The notes under the pieces are model-generated. The model ran no database searches. It saw nothing but the letters and a program-made list of their open reading frames with translations, and was not told the DNA's origin. The translations under genes were made by a program, and so were the position numbers. DNA of 55,474 nt from Octopus bimaculoides (taxonomy: Eukaryota): NCBI RefSeq assembly GCF_001194135.2, contig NC_068997.1, positions 26,902,091 through 26,957,564 of the forward strand, read 5' to 3'. Every line of letters starts with the position of its first letter. Position 1 is the first letter of the stretch. Below are positions 13,101-25,625 of the stretch, in pieces.

Positions 13101-15946
13101 CACCATCTAAAAGAAGCTGAGCTTGTAGCAAATACAAGAGGATATCAGCAGCTAGTTGAGAGATCTGAAATAAATATAGATTTGTCACAATATATGGATT
13201 TAAGAAATCCAATAGTATTCATTAAAAAACTCCTTAATGTATCATTCTACAAAAAATATAGAATATCACTTTTCTTTTATTATACGAATAAGATCTACCA
13301 GTTATTTTTGATCATATTACTAAAATTCCCTTCCATTTGTTACACAATCACCTTATTATTTTATATTATTTTTATTATTATAGTCTTCCATAACTTCTAA
13401 TGTTCTCTTCAAATAATGTGTGTGTGTGTATGAAAATGGAAAAGGGAAAAAAACAAAAATAATCCGTATAATCGAGGGCATAAATACCTTTTTATCAGGG
13501 TCTGCCATTCCAAAGTAAATAATTTCATGCAGAACTATTGGATTAATTAAAAACTTAATTCCCAACTGTAATGATGATGATGAGTGAGCTGCAATTTCAT
13601 TAATATTTAAATATTCCTGTAAAATGAAACAGAAAACATATCTTATGGTTTCAGTAATTAGTAAGATTTTAATTAATTATGCTTCTTTAACAAAATGTCT
13701 GATTGTCACTTCTGTTGTTGTCATTGTTGTTATTTATGTTGTGTTGGTCAGTACTGGATCTATAGATTACATGGGTGTGTGTGTGTGTGTGTAGGTAACC
13801 ACTGATTGTCAAGGTGTCAGAACCAAGCATATGCTAATTAGGGGTTTAATGTGCTGCAATGAAGGTTCATATTCCTTGGTGGGTGATGATTACTAGAAAT
13901 TTATTCAAGGTGGCAGAATCATTACAGCAGTAAAAAAAAATGCTTAGCAGCATTTCTTCCAATTTTAGATTCTGAGTTCAAATATTGCTGGGGTCGACTT
14001 TGCCTTTCATCCTTTCAAGGTTGATGAAGTTAGTTGAGTACTAGGGTCAATGTAATTGACTTGCGTCCTCCTCTGAAATTGCTGGCCTTGTGCAAAATTT
14101 GAAATCAGTTATCTGAGTGTGTACAAGTTTACCCACAATTCTAACCAGTATTCCAGATGCCATGAGTCAATCTGCTCTGGGATGGCATCGTACAATGCAT
14201 TAGATTAATTGACTGTGTGCAAGAGACAGCAAGGTAGTGAGGGCATGAAGCTAGATGCATATTGTGGTAGCAAGGACAGGTGGACAACCAGAAATGGTTG
14301 TCTACCATCTAAGATCATATATTGTCAGAAAGATAATACATGATCTTGGATGGTAGACAACAACCACCACCTCCGCCTGCTTTTACTGGTCCCTTAGGTG
14401 CCTTTAGCTGGGTCCAGTGTTAAGAAATGTTCAGGCCATGACTTCAGTCTGTCATCTTCCTCCGATCAATCTCAAAAGTCCAAAAGACAGAGGTCAAGGA
14501 TGCTGACCTGTCACCTGTGATTTAAAAATATTTCAAAAATTGTTTTTATCTTTGGATGTCCCTTTTTATTACAAACTACTCAACTGTGAATTAAGGACTA
14601 ATTTACTTTTGTTCGTCAGTCAAATATATCAGAAGTCACAACATAATGACTATTTACATCTAAATACATAACTATGAAGGAGTTAGTAGTCTAGTATCTT
14701 AAACACACAGCTATTGTATTTATAGTAAGGTTTGAACACACAACCATGGAGTCAGTGATTCAGTACCTTTACCACACAGCTATTATGTCTATAGTAAGGT
14801 TTGAACACATGACCATCCAGTATGTTACCTTCACAGCTGTTATATCTAAGGTAAGCTATGTGACCAGTAGACTATCATCTTCACTTCACAACCAGGCATT
14901 ATATCAGATATACAAACACTTACTTTCACAAGCTTCAGAGTATATTCATATGATCTTTCTTTCACTCGTGTTTTGGAATGAGCCAGTAATTTCACAAAAA
15001 TCTCAGAAACTTGTGTTTCCTCTTTCAAGCGACAAACATCCAAAGTTCGGCAACTGAATATCAAAATAAAGATAAATACAAACATAGAATAACAAACACA
15101 GATGATTATTTAATTATTCTAACACTGTACAGGGTTCATTTAAGCCGGGTGGTGGGATTCTGATTCATTATTTCTCAACCATTTTTTCCCCTCACTCCAC
15201 TCGGATTTTATAAAATGGACATCTCCACCATGGACAAAGTATAATGTGTGTGCATGTTTGTGTATATATATGTATGTATGTGTGTTTGTATGCGTGTATA
15301 AATACACACACGGACACACTGTAGATGGGACGTTCTCCACACAGAGACATACAGACCCAACTCTGAAATATATTGTGCTTTTTAACACAAACATCTTTAA
15401 AGAGATTTTTCCCAGACAAAACCACTGCAGCTTCTGGCATTTAAAACACAAGTATGTGATATTAGCAATGTTTACATTACAGAAGCTGCTTCTCGTGCAT
15501 AATTTGAATTTATTCTACTTATTCTACTGCAAATCAGTAAACAGTTTATACACAATCTGTGTATATTTCAGACTCACAATTCATTCAGAATTGAGGTGAG
15601 AATGCAGCACTGATAAGCCACAAATATGGTGAAATATAGTATCTGCTGGTCTTGTGATAACTTCTGGAGTGATTTTATTTAGAAGTATATTGTGTTTTTT
15701 AGCATTATACATCTTCAAATGGAATTTCCCTGGACAAAAAAACTGCAGCTTCTGACATTTAAACAATGTACATATATTAAGTATGTGATAATGGTAACGT
15801 TTATACATATATATACACACTCATATACATACAAGACAATGACATAAATAATGGTTGTTACATTTTTTTTTTAAGTAATATACATTTATATATATACATG
15901 TGTGTGTATGTATGGATGTATATATGTGTGTATATACGTGTGTGTG

Positions 15947-15994
<48 letters not shown>

Positions 15995-16683
15995 ATTCAA
16001 GAAGTGAGGATTTAATTTCCTCATAATGGATTATTTATAATAATCCGGATACCAACTTGTGTTTTCAAATATATTGAAAGAAATTTCCACAATATATATG
16101 TATAAACAGTTAAAAAATGTGTAAAGTTAATAAAAAAAAATGGAGAAAAAAATATAGTGGATACTTGGTTAAATTTATNNNNNNNNNNNNNNNNNNNNNN
16201 NNNNNNNNNNNNNNNNNNNNNNNNNNNNNNNNNNNNNNNNNNNNNNNNNNNNNNNNNNNNNNNNNNNNNNNNNNNNNNNNNNNNNNNNNNNNNNNNNNNN
16301 NNNNNNNNNNNNNNNNNNNNNNNNNNNNNNNNNNNNNNNNNNNNNNNNNNNNNNNNNNNNNNNNNNNNNNNNNNNNNNNNNNNNNNNNNNNNNNNNNNNN
16401 NNNNNNNNNNNNNNNNNNNNNNNNNNNNNNNNNNNNNNNNNNNNNNNNNNNNNNNNNNNNNNNNNNNNNNNNNNNNNNNNNNNNNNNNNNNNNNNNNNNN
16501 NNNNNNNNNNNNNNNNNNNNNNNNNNNNNNNNNNNNNNNNNNNNNNNNNNNNNNNNNNNNNNNNNNNNNNNNNNNNNNNNNNNNNNNNNNNNNNNNNNNN
16601 NNNNNNNNNNNNNNNNNNNNNNNNNNNNNNNNNNNNNNGTGTGTATGTATGGATGTATATATGTGTGTATATACGTGTGTGTG

Positions 16684-16715
<32 letters not shown>

Positions 16716-19700
16716 GGCAAGTGAAGTAATGACAAAATGAACGAAAGGAGAAACACCCAAATCTCACTATTGCGAACAAAAGTCAATGAGTCTGTGAATA
16801 AATGGCACATGTATATGGTAAGGGATTCCAAGTAAACAGCTGCTAGCTAGGTCAAGTAATTCTGTAGAATCATCATCCTGAAAGAGAAATACAGTTTAGT
16901 TGATACATATGGTAGAAATATATGAAAATATGGCAAAACAGAAATAATTCTTTTATACGTTTTTAGCATTTTATGAGGTGAGAAATGTTGATGTATATAT
17001 TTGGTTGAGTTGTATGTCTTGACTAAGGTTTACCATTTTGATATTCATAATACATACTCATGTCAGATATACTAACATTTATATAGAATGGTGTAACTTG
17101 TTTAAAGTTTAACACATTAGTTATAATACTAATAGTGTTAGTAAGAAAGGAACAAGCATGGCTCTGGGGTTAAGAAATTTGCTTCCCAACCACATGGTTT
17201 TTGGTTCAGTTCTGCTACAAGGAAACTTGTGCAAGTGTCTTCTACTATAGCCCTTGGGCTAATCAAATTCTTACGAGTGGATTTGTTAAATGACAACTGA
17301 AGAAGCCTGTATATGTACGTATGTGTAAATGCGTGTGTGTCTGCATGCTTGTTTATATTTGAACTTCTTTAAAAATCACTGAGTCATAAATCATGATGTT
17401 ATTGCTATTTTCCTTAACAACAAATTGTCTGCTGGATTTGTGCCTTTGAAGATGAAAACAGGTAAGGGTTAGAAACAGGAAGAGCATCCAGCTATAAAAC
17501 AATGCTTTGATTAATATGTTCATCTAACCCATAAGTGAAGGCACATAGTTTAATGCTTAGGATATTCAGCTCACGAATGTAAGGTCACGAGTTTGATTCT
17601 TGGCAGCTTGTTGTGTCCTTGAGCAAGACACTTCATTTCACATTGCTCCAGTCCACCCAGCTGGCAAAACTGAGTTGTACCTGAATTTCAAACAACCAGC
17701 TTTGTGACATTCTATATCACGCTGAATCTTCCTGAGAACTCTGTTAAGAGTGCGCATATCTGTGGAGTGCTCAACCCCATGCGCATTAATTTCATGAGCC
17801 GATTGTTCCATAGATCTGATCAACTAGAACCTTTGTCATCACAACTGAGAGAGTACCAGTCCTCAAACTCATGCTAAGCTCTCTCAATGGCATTTTAATT
17901 GTATTTTGAGTACAACAATTTATTCAAAATTACATAGTCATCTAATATCCAAAAAAGAACATATTAAATCATCAGGGACTGCTACCTTCGAATTACTGGC
18001 ATCCTATCCTGGAGTACATTTAACTCTCAACCACTCTGTTAATGGAGAGCTAGGATAGGATAGGAGAGGGAGTGATCTACAACAATGAAATGCTTACCAC
18101 TTGGCTAACTTTTGCAAGAAAACAGCAAGTACGTTGTAAAGAAGTGCAAACTCTTGCTGTGTGTGTGTAAAGACAGTATTTTTCGTTGGCTAATTGATAT
18201 AAGTAACCCAAAATAGCAGCATGCAGATCAGGCCACATCTGTGACACACACTCATCAAAGGCTACAAGTTCTATGGCAGTGGGCAATATTTCTGGCATTG
18301 AAGACTGGATCTGAAACATTGGTAATTATAGAAATTGTTTATAAAACAGCATTTTAGGGAGAAAAGAAAAAAAAAACCAGAGAGATAAACAACTAGAACA
18401 AGAATAACAAAAACAAATTCAACTGTAAGTATGCATAGTTTTTAGTTTGTCTTTTTCTATGGTATTTAGCGAACAATAGTAAAACAGGGTTGACAAAAAC
18501 CACCAAGAAGCTTGTCAGATAGATTATACCTGTACATAAGAGACTTGATAATATTGTCACATGGTTTAGCACAACCATCAGACGTTTGGATGACTTTAGC
18601 AGAGTCATCTAGGAGGAGGCTTAATTTATCACCTGGTTTAACACTACAAGACGGCCCTTGAGCAGAGTGCTGCCACTCAAAGTACCACAAGCATTTGAAT
18701 CTTGGTATATTGTTTCCTGCTACAGCAATCTGTATAATATTGTCACCAGACTCCACTTTTTTTCTCCCACCATCACCACCGTTTACCTCTGAGGTCCTGC
18801 ATAAAGGTTACCGGCACTATCTTTCTTTTTCTGATTGAGGAATTTTCCCTTTTCGTTTTTTTTTATTCCTTAAGGTTCAACACTAATATTTATGGAAACC
18901 AAAATGTATAAAATACTCACCTTCTCTATGGTAACTAACTGCTCCAGGAAAGAAACCAGAAAACAGCTGAGAGCAATAAATATCTGCCTGGATTTCACAA
19001 TGAGTTCCTGCGAGGTTTTACGATTTTCAAAGAGTTGGTTTCTATGGTGATGCTGCTGCAGAAGTTCACATATTAACTCTATACAGTCCTTTAGTTTATT
19101 CACCTGACAACAATAAACAAACAATAAGAATAAAGATTCTTTACCTTGTTGCTGTTTAACCCCAGGTCAGTCCTGATAGAGTAAACAGACATGACCAAAG
19201 GTTATTCTAAACAACACCATTCCATCCTTTTTTCCCCTTTCTCTTAGGAATAGTGCAGGCTAGACAAACAACATTCTCTCTGGTATCCTTGTAGAAGATG
19301 CAAGGGTGCAGGTGTGGCTGTGTGGTAAGAAGCTTGCTTCCCAACACACATGGTTCGGGGATGAGTTCTACTATGTAGCACCTTGGGCAACTATCTTCTA
19401 CTGCTTCAAGAAGACCAATGGCTTATGAATGAACTTGGTAGATGAAAACTGCACGGAAGCCCAATATAGATGTGTAAGTATGTATGTACACACACACACA
19501 TGTGTGTGTGTGTGTCCCCTTGTGTTTGTCCCTCTCCATGGCTTAACAAGCTGGTTGGTTTACATTACTGTAACTTAGTGGTAGAACAAAAGGGACCAGT
19601 GAAAGAACAAGTATCAAATGAGTACCTTGGTGGATTTGTTCAGCTAAAATCTCTCAAGACAGTGCCCAACCATGGCAGGAGAGCAATGATCAAACCACAT

Positions 19701-22700
19701 AAAAGGTAAAAGAAAGAGGTTTACAAACACAGACTACTTAAAATTATAGAGAATATTCTATGTTTGATAGAGAGGGGAATAACATTAACTGAATACTTAC
19801 AATTTTCCTTGCAGCTTCACTTTGGTTGCTCCAAATCTCAACAGTAATACTTTCAGAGAGAAGTACCATCGTGTTTGGCAGCAACTGTACAAGAGCTGAC
19901 ACATCCGACAACTGGGAAGACTTTTTAAGTAAGCTAAGGCTAGTGAAGATTAAGTCAAGACAATAAACTGGTAATGTGATCTGATGCTGCTGTAATGTCT
20001 GTACATTTTCCACTTCTAGCTCATCTGTTGCCTGTAAGGAGGCATCTAAGATCATTTGAGAAGATAACCTGCATGGATCACAAGGAGAAACAAGGAAAGA
20101 AAGAAATGACTTTTAAAATGGGAAATTTTCTTCAATGTTTGGGAGAAGGGTTCCAATGACAGAATCAAATGAATAAGCAACAACATCCATGACCTTTTGG
20201 AGGGATTCTGAAATTGGTGGTGAAACAACAGGGAGAAAGAAGCTACAACACACCAAGTTGTTCTTGTAGGAAGTGACAAATTAATATATCAAATCTGTCC
20301 TTACACTGACAACCTGGAATGAATGCTTGCAAACAAGAATGGACTCTGCTTAAAGCACCCAAGGCCATGTGGTGATGTTAACCAGGCAACACACTAATCT
20401 CACACAAGAGAATAAGCACAGCCCATCTGACACACTTTCCATCAATCTACTATTGCCACCAATGCCTGTGAGCCCACTCCACTTCTTATACATCTATAGT
20501 GTACACTGATACACTATATGGAATTTATGGAAACTCCTTTTCTGCATATCACATGTGACCAATTCCCTGATATGCAACTCCTTCTCACTAAAACTTCAAT
20601 CTTTGCTAAGTTTACTTTAAGATCTCTTGATTCCAGGTTTTGCTTCTGCATCTGAAATTTCTTCTTCAGGTTTGCCACAGATACAATATTAAGAACCAGG
20701 TTATCAACACTTCAGATTTTCTATGAACCACCACTTGGAGGACTATAATAAACAAAAAGAAACTGAGGGCTAAGTTCTGGCCAAGTTTCTGGTTGAAGGC
20801 TATCCTCCTCCCACAAATCATACAGACCCCGATAAGGGTCAGAGCACTCCCATTCTTCTCCTAACTAACACATAAAAATAATAAAATGTTTGCTTACCTC
20901 TCTACTGAAGACATAGAAGTGTCTCCATCTCTGCCATCGCCTGTGCAACGAGAATCACTTTTACCCAGAGCAGAGAAGCGAGTGTCATTGGAATGTATGG
21001 AGTGGCTGAAAGCTGATCCATTTGGAGAAGGCACCGATAATGTTGAGATGTTGGACCAAACATCTGTGAAGATATACAGTGCTGATATAGACTCAAACAT
21101 GCCTATTTCACAATAGGCATAAAGGGGTTCATATTTACAGTATTATACAGACAAGAAAGTAATATTTCAAATGCAGTATTGCTGTGAAAGCAGCTGAAAA
21201 ATTGGGTATTATGACCCTTATAAGATGAAAGGTTGTCAACAAACAGCCATGGGACTGAAACCTGCATCTCTCAGAGACTGGCCGAGTACTTTATCATTAA
21301 GCTTAACTGCCTGCTGACAACAGTCTCCATCAAATTTAAGCACTAAATACACAGCTGGCATGGGTTGGACAGTTTGACCAGGGCTGGCAAGCTGGAAGGC
21401 TGCACCAGACTCCAGTCTGATTTGGCATAGTTTCTATGGCCAGATGCCTTTCCTAATGCCAACCACTCCGAGAGTGTAGTGGGTGCTTTGACGTGCCACT
21501 ACCCTCTTCCCTACTTATCATCCCTTAACACTTGTTCTTTGTCATATTCAACCTCTCACTCATTCCCCATCTCTAACCATCCCTCATTCCCCCATAGACC
21601 CTTGCAACCTCTACCCATCCACACTCCATTCCCCTGACCCCATTCACTTCTACCCACCTAGTATTTTGAGGGTACACCCTGATACATGACCACCACAATT
21701 TTTATCTCTTTCCAGTCCTGGCTCAATCACTCATACCCTCTCTTCTATAAGTAGCCGTGCAGCTTTACTATAAGAAACCTCTTGTGTTCTAGCCTATCTT
21801 TTATACTTTAACCCTTCATTCCATAGCATAAAGCTGCCTCCCTCTTTACTGTAGTTCCACTTAAAGGGAATCTTAGTCTTGTAGGTTGTGTAATGATCTC
21901 ATATGTGCCAGTGCCCTGAAAAAAAAACCCCACCCAATACATAAAGTGGCTGGCATTAAGGAAGGACAATCAGCCATAGAAACCATGCCAAAGCAGATAT
22001 TGGAGCATGATGCTTTGGACTTGTTGGATCCTGTCACACATGCCAGCACGAAACATGAACTTTAAATAATGATGATGATGGCTCAACTGACCTGGTTTGG
22101 GAGTATAAAAAGCTGGGTCCTGGTGGTATTTTAATCGTGTATGTAAGCAACTGGTCAGACTTCTCAACGTCCGGCTGACTTGAACCAGTAAATTTGGCTG
22201 GTTTAAAAAGGTGTTATAGTCCAAAGGTGGAGTAATTTGCTTGCAAGAGAGCTCCAAGACTTCCAAAAGACTCTATAAAAGGAAATGAAAACAGAAAAGA
22301 TATCAAAACAACTCACCATTCACTATCTCCACCACTCAACCTGACCTAATTTCTACAGTTGTCACCTACTCTTCCCTACCTTCCTTATTTATCATACCCC
22401 AACACTTGTTCTTCATTATATTCACCCCTCACACATTTCCCATCTCCAACATTCTCCCATTATCCACCTGCACTCCTTGTTTTCCTGTCCTCATTCACTT
22501 CTCACCTTGCACACTGGGAATTCACCCTGATACATCATCACCATTTTCATCACTTTCTAGTTCCACTATTCTTCAATAATACACAGTCATGTAGCTCTCC
22601 TGCAGCAAGAAACCTGTTCTGTTCTGTGTCCATTCCCTCATAATTTAACCCCTCGTCTCCTAGCATAAAACCACCTTCTTTACCGTAGCCTCACTCAGTC

Positions 22701-25590
22701 AAAGGGGATTTTAGTCTCACAAGCTACATGGTGACCTCACTAGTACCGTCGTACAAAAAAATGCATTATAATAGAGGAAGTGAAGCAGATGTCTTGCTGA
22801 AGAGGTAAAATAATTTTCTCTCTGCCCTCAACAGCCTAAAATATATTCCACTCAACACTAAGATTTTACCTGAGTAATTTGTGGTCTCTGAAGGAAAATT
22901 TCAGCAGGAAAATCATAAAAGACAACATCTCTGAGAAATTCACAGGTATTTGCCAGTTCATGGGGGTCTTTGTTCTGGAATAAACTGCATGAAAGAAAAA
23001 TAGTCAATGTTCTATAAATCCAGTGTGAAATTGACTCATGTGTTATTTTATCAACCCCAGAAGACAGAAAGGCAAAGATAATCTCTGTAGGATTTGAACT
23101 CGGAGCAGATGGCAGTGTTCTTTTATGGCCAAATATCATGAGAAAGAGTGGCACACCCTCATGTAGCTAAGTAAACTGATCTTTGACATTGCAGGGCTTT
23201 TCTTCCTGTTCATGGTTAGTAGTTTCAAAGAATCAGTCCTAGCACTCCAATCCCACTCTTTAGATTTGGAGATCTGACCACAGTGGCTCAGCAGGCTAAG
23301 ATGGCTGCAGTGACCAGTAAGCTGTAGGTTTTACATAGGAGTGGCCTTCTCCAAGGTGAATTGCCTATCAGCACTGGAGAGCTCCACCCACCCTGGAGCT
23401 GCCAAGAGGGCACCAAACCACCTGATGGACTCCATTCCGTGATTTGTCGTTGAGTCTGATTCCCCAAGCCTTTTCTGTTCCCAAAGCAATCACAAGGTAG
23501 TCAGGATTTGTGCTTGGAGTTACCTCCATAGCATGTTATGGACCCTGACAGGTGCTACCCTGAATCAGAGTAGATTTTGGAACAACAGTGGCTAAAGGGT
23601 GGTTCTACACTTCTCAAAACCTTGGAACTCTTGAACCAGGGACCCACTACCAGATGAGATTAAAAAAGTCATACCCAGGACATGAAGAACTCAGAACATA
23701 GAGACATTAAAAACAATAATATAAAATCAATATAAAAGTAAAATGTATCAATGAAAACAAAAATCAATAGAGGGAAACTTGATCAATGATTACTTACCTA
23801 TGTGTAGAAGACAAAACATGTCGGTCAGTTTGAGTTAAAGTCAGCCAAGGAAATGTTCTCATTGTAAACCCTACAGAAGATTAAAAAATATAATAATTCG
23901 GCATAGGCATGGCTGAGTGGTTAAGAAGCTCTGTTTGTAACCTCGTGATTTTAAGTGCAGTTCCACTGCATGGCACCTTCAGCAAGTGTCTTCTACTATG
24001 ACTCCAGGCTGACTAATGTTTTGTGAGTGAATTTGGTAGATGGAAATTGTATGGAAGCTTACTGTGTGTGTGTGCATGCACATGCGCGCACCTTTGTATT
24101 TGTTCACCCCTCAACTCCACGTGACAACTGGTGTTGGTTTGCTTATGTCCCAATAACTTTACAGTTTGGCAAAAGAGACCAACAGAATAAGAACCACACT
24201 TAATAAGTACTGGGATTGACTTGTTCAACTAAGCCCTTCAAAGCAGAGCCCCAACACAGCTAGTTACAACTCCATGACACACACACACACACACATGCAA
24301 GTACATACACACACAGAAGCTGACATGCTTCCAGATGCATACACCTTCTTTCCACCCAATCTGTTTGTCCATATATGGTAACCAATTTTACCAATCTAGA
24401 AGCTCCACAAATAAAAGCAAAAAAACAAAATAAGGTTTACCTGAGCCTGGTTTAGCCCTTGTTAGGTTTGAACCAACATTGTCTTCATACATCACTCCTT
24501 CAATATTGTCATTCTCAGCTGTCTGTGGATCACATGGATCAGCATTAGAAACTGGATCTACAATACACAAAGTTAACAATCACTTTCAATGATCAGAGTC
24601 TCATGATGGTTATATATTAATGAACAAAGTTTAGAAGTCAGTGATTAACATTAAGTCACCAATGCTGTTTCTGTCTATAACCAACACAACTCTCAACAGC
24701 CCAGTCTACCTAGCTGTATGTGGGTACCATTGTCGTATAGTTCACAAAAGATGACATTGTCAAACAAGTTAGTCAGAAAAATGGGAGAGAGGGTACAATC
24801 AGAGAAAGAAATGAAGTGCATTGTGACCAGCGATGAGTAGTTGTTAAAGAGATAAAGAGAAAGATAGTAATGTTACCTACTGAGCTAAAAAATATAATAT
24901 AAACTCATCCCAGACATTGGGATAGAGTTTTTGCAAAGTTATATACATATAAGGTTAGTATTAGAGAACATCAAAGATTATGACACCCACCTAGTATCTA
25001 TAGCAACTCTGAGAGCTTCAATTGAAAATTTTCTTAACTGGGAAGCATTAGAATAAAGTGCTTCTTTAATGTCTATAGTGATTGTTTTGAAAGAGACAAG
25101 ATGATGTATCCCCAGTGAAGGGTGGTTTTGATGTCTCTATTCAGTGAAGTCTGAACAGAAGTGTTCTTGCTACATGTGTAGAAAGTGATATCAGCAGCAT
25201 AGAAGTGAGAGAAAAGAAGAAATATACTGATGCAAACTTACCAAAGCAAGCCTGTTGATAATGGATGTGTTCGCATCCATTTGATTTCAGATCTAAATCT
25301 GGGATCTTCATCAAATTCTCAAGAATTGTATCAATTTTGTCTTTCAGTGATGTGGGAGAGTCCATTCGCAAATGAGATAAGAAGTCTATAGCACCAATTT
25401 CTCGAAGACTCTCACATGCGGTAGAATGCTGTGAAAAGAACAATATATTAATTAACAGCTAAGATTTTAATATAAATGATATTGGATATAATATACAGCA
25501 ATTTGAGTGAGGAGGAACAGACCCCTAAATGGATGGATTGTTGGTACCTACCATTATGAAACTGGGGTTTTTAATGTATACCATAACAGA

Positions 25591-25625
<35 letters not shown>

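Noticed and set aside
23150-23720. GC-richer segments that look like retroelement remnants (also 14110-14530, 20280-20860)
   Set aside because: Too degenerate for me to assign a family from sequence alone.
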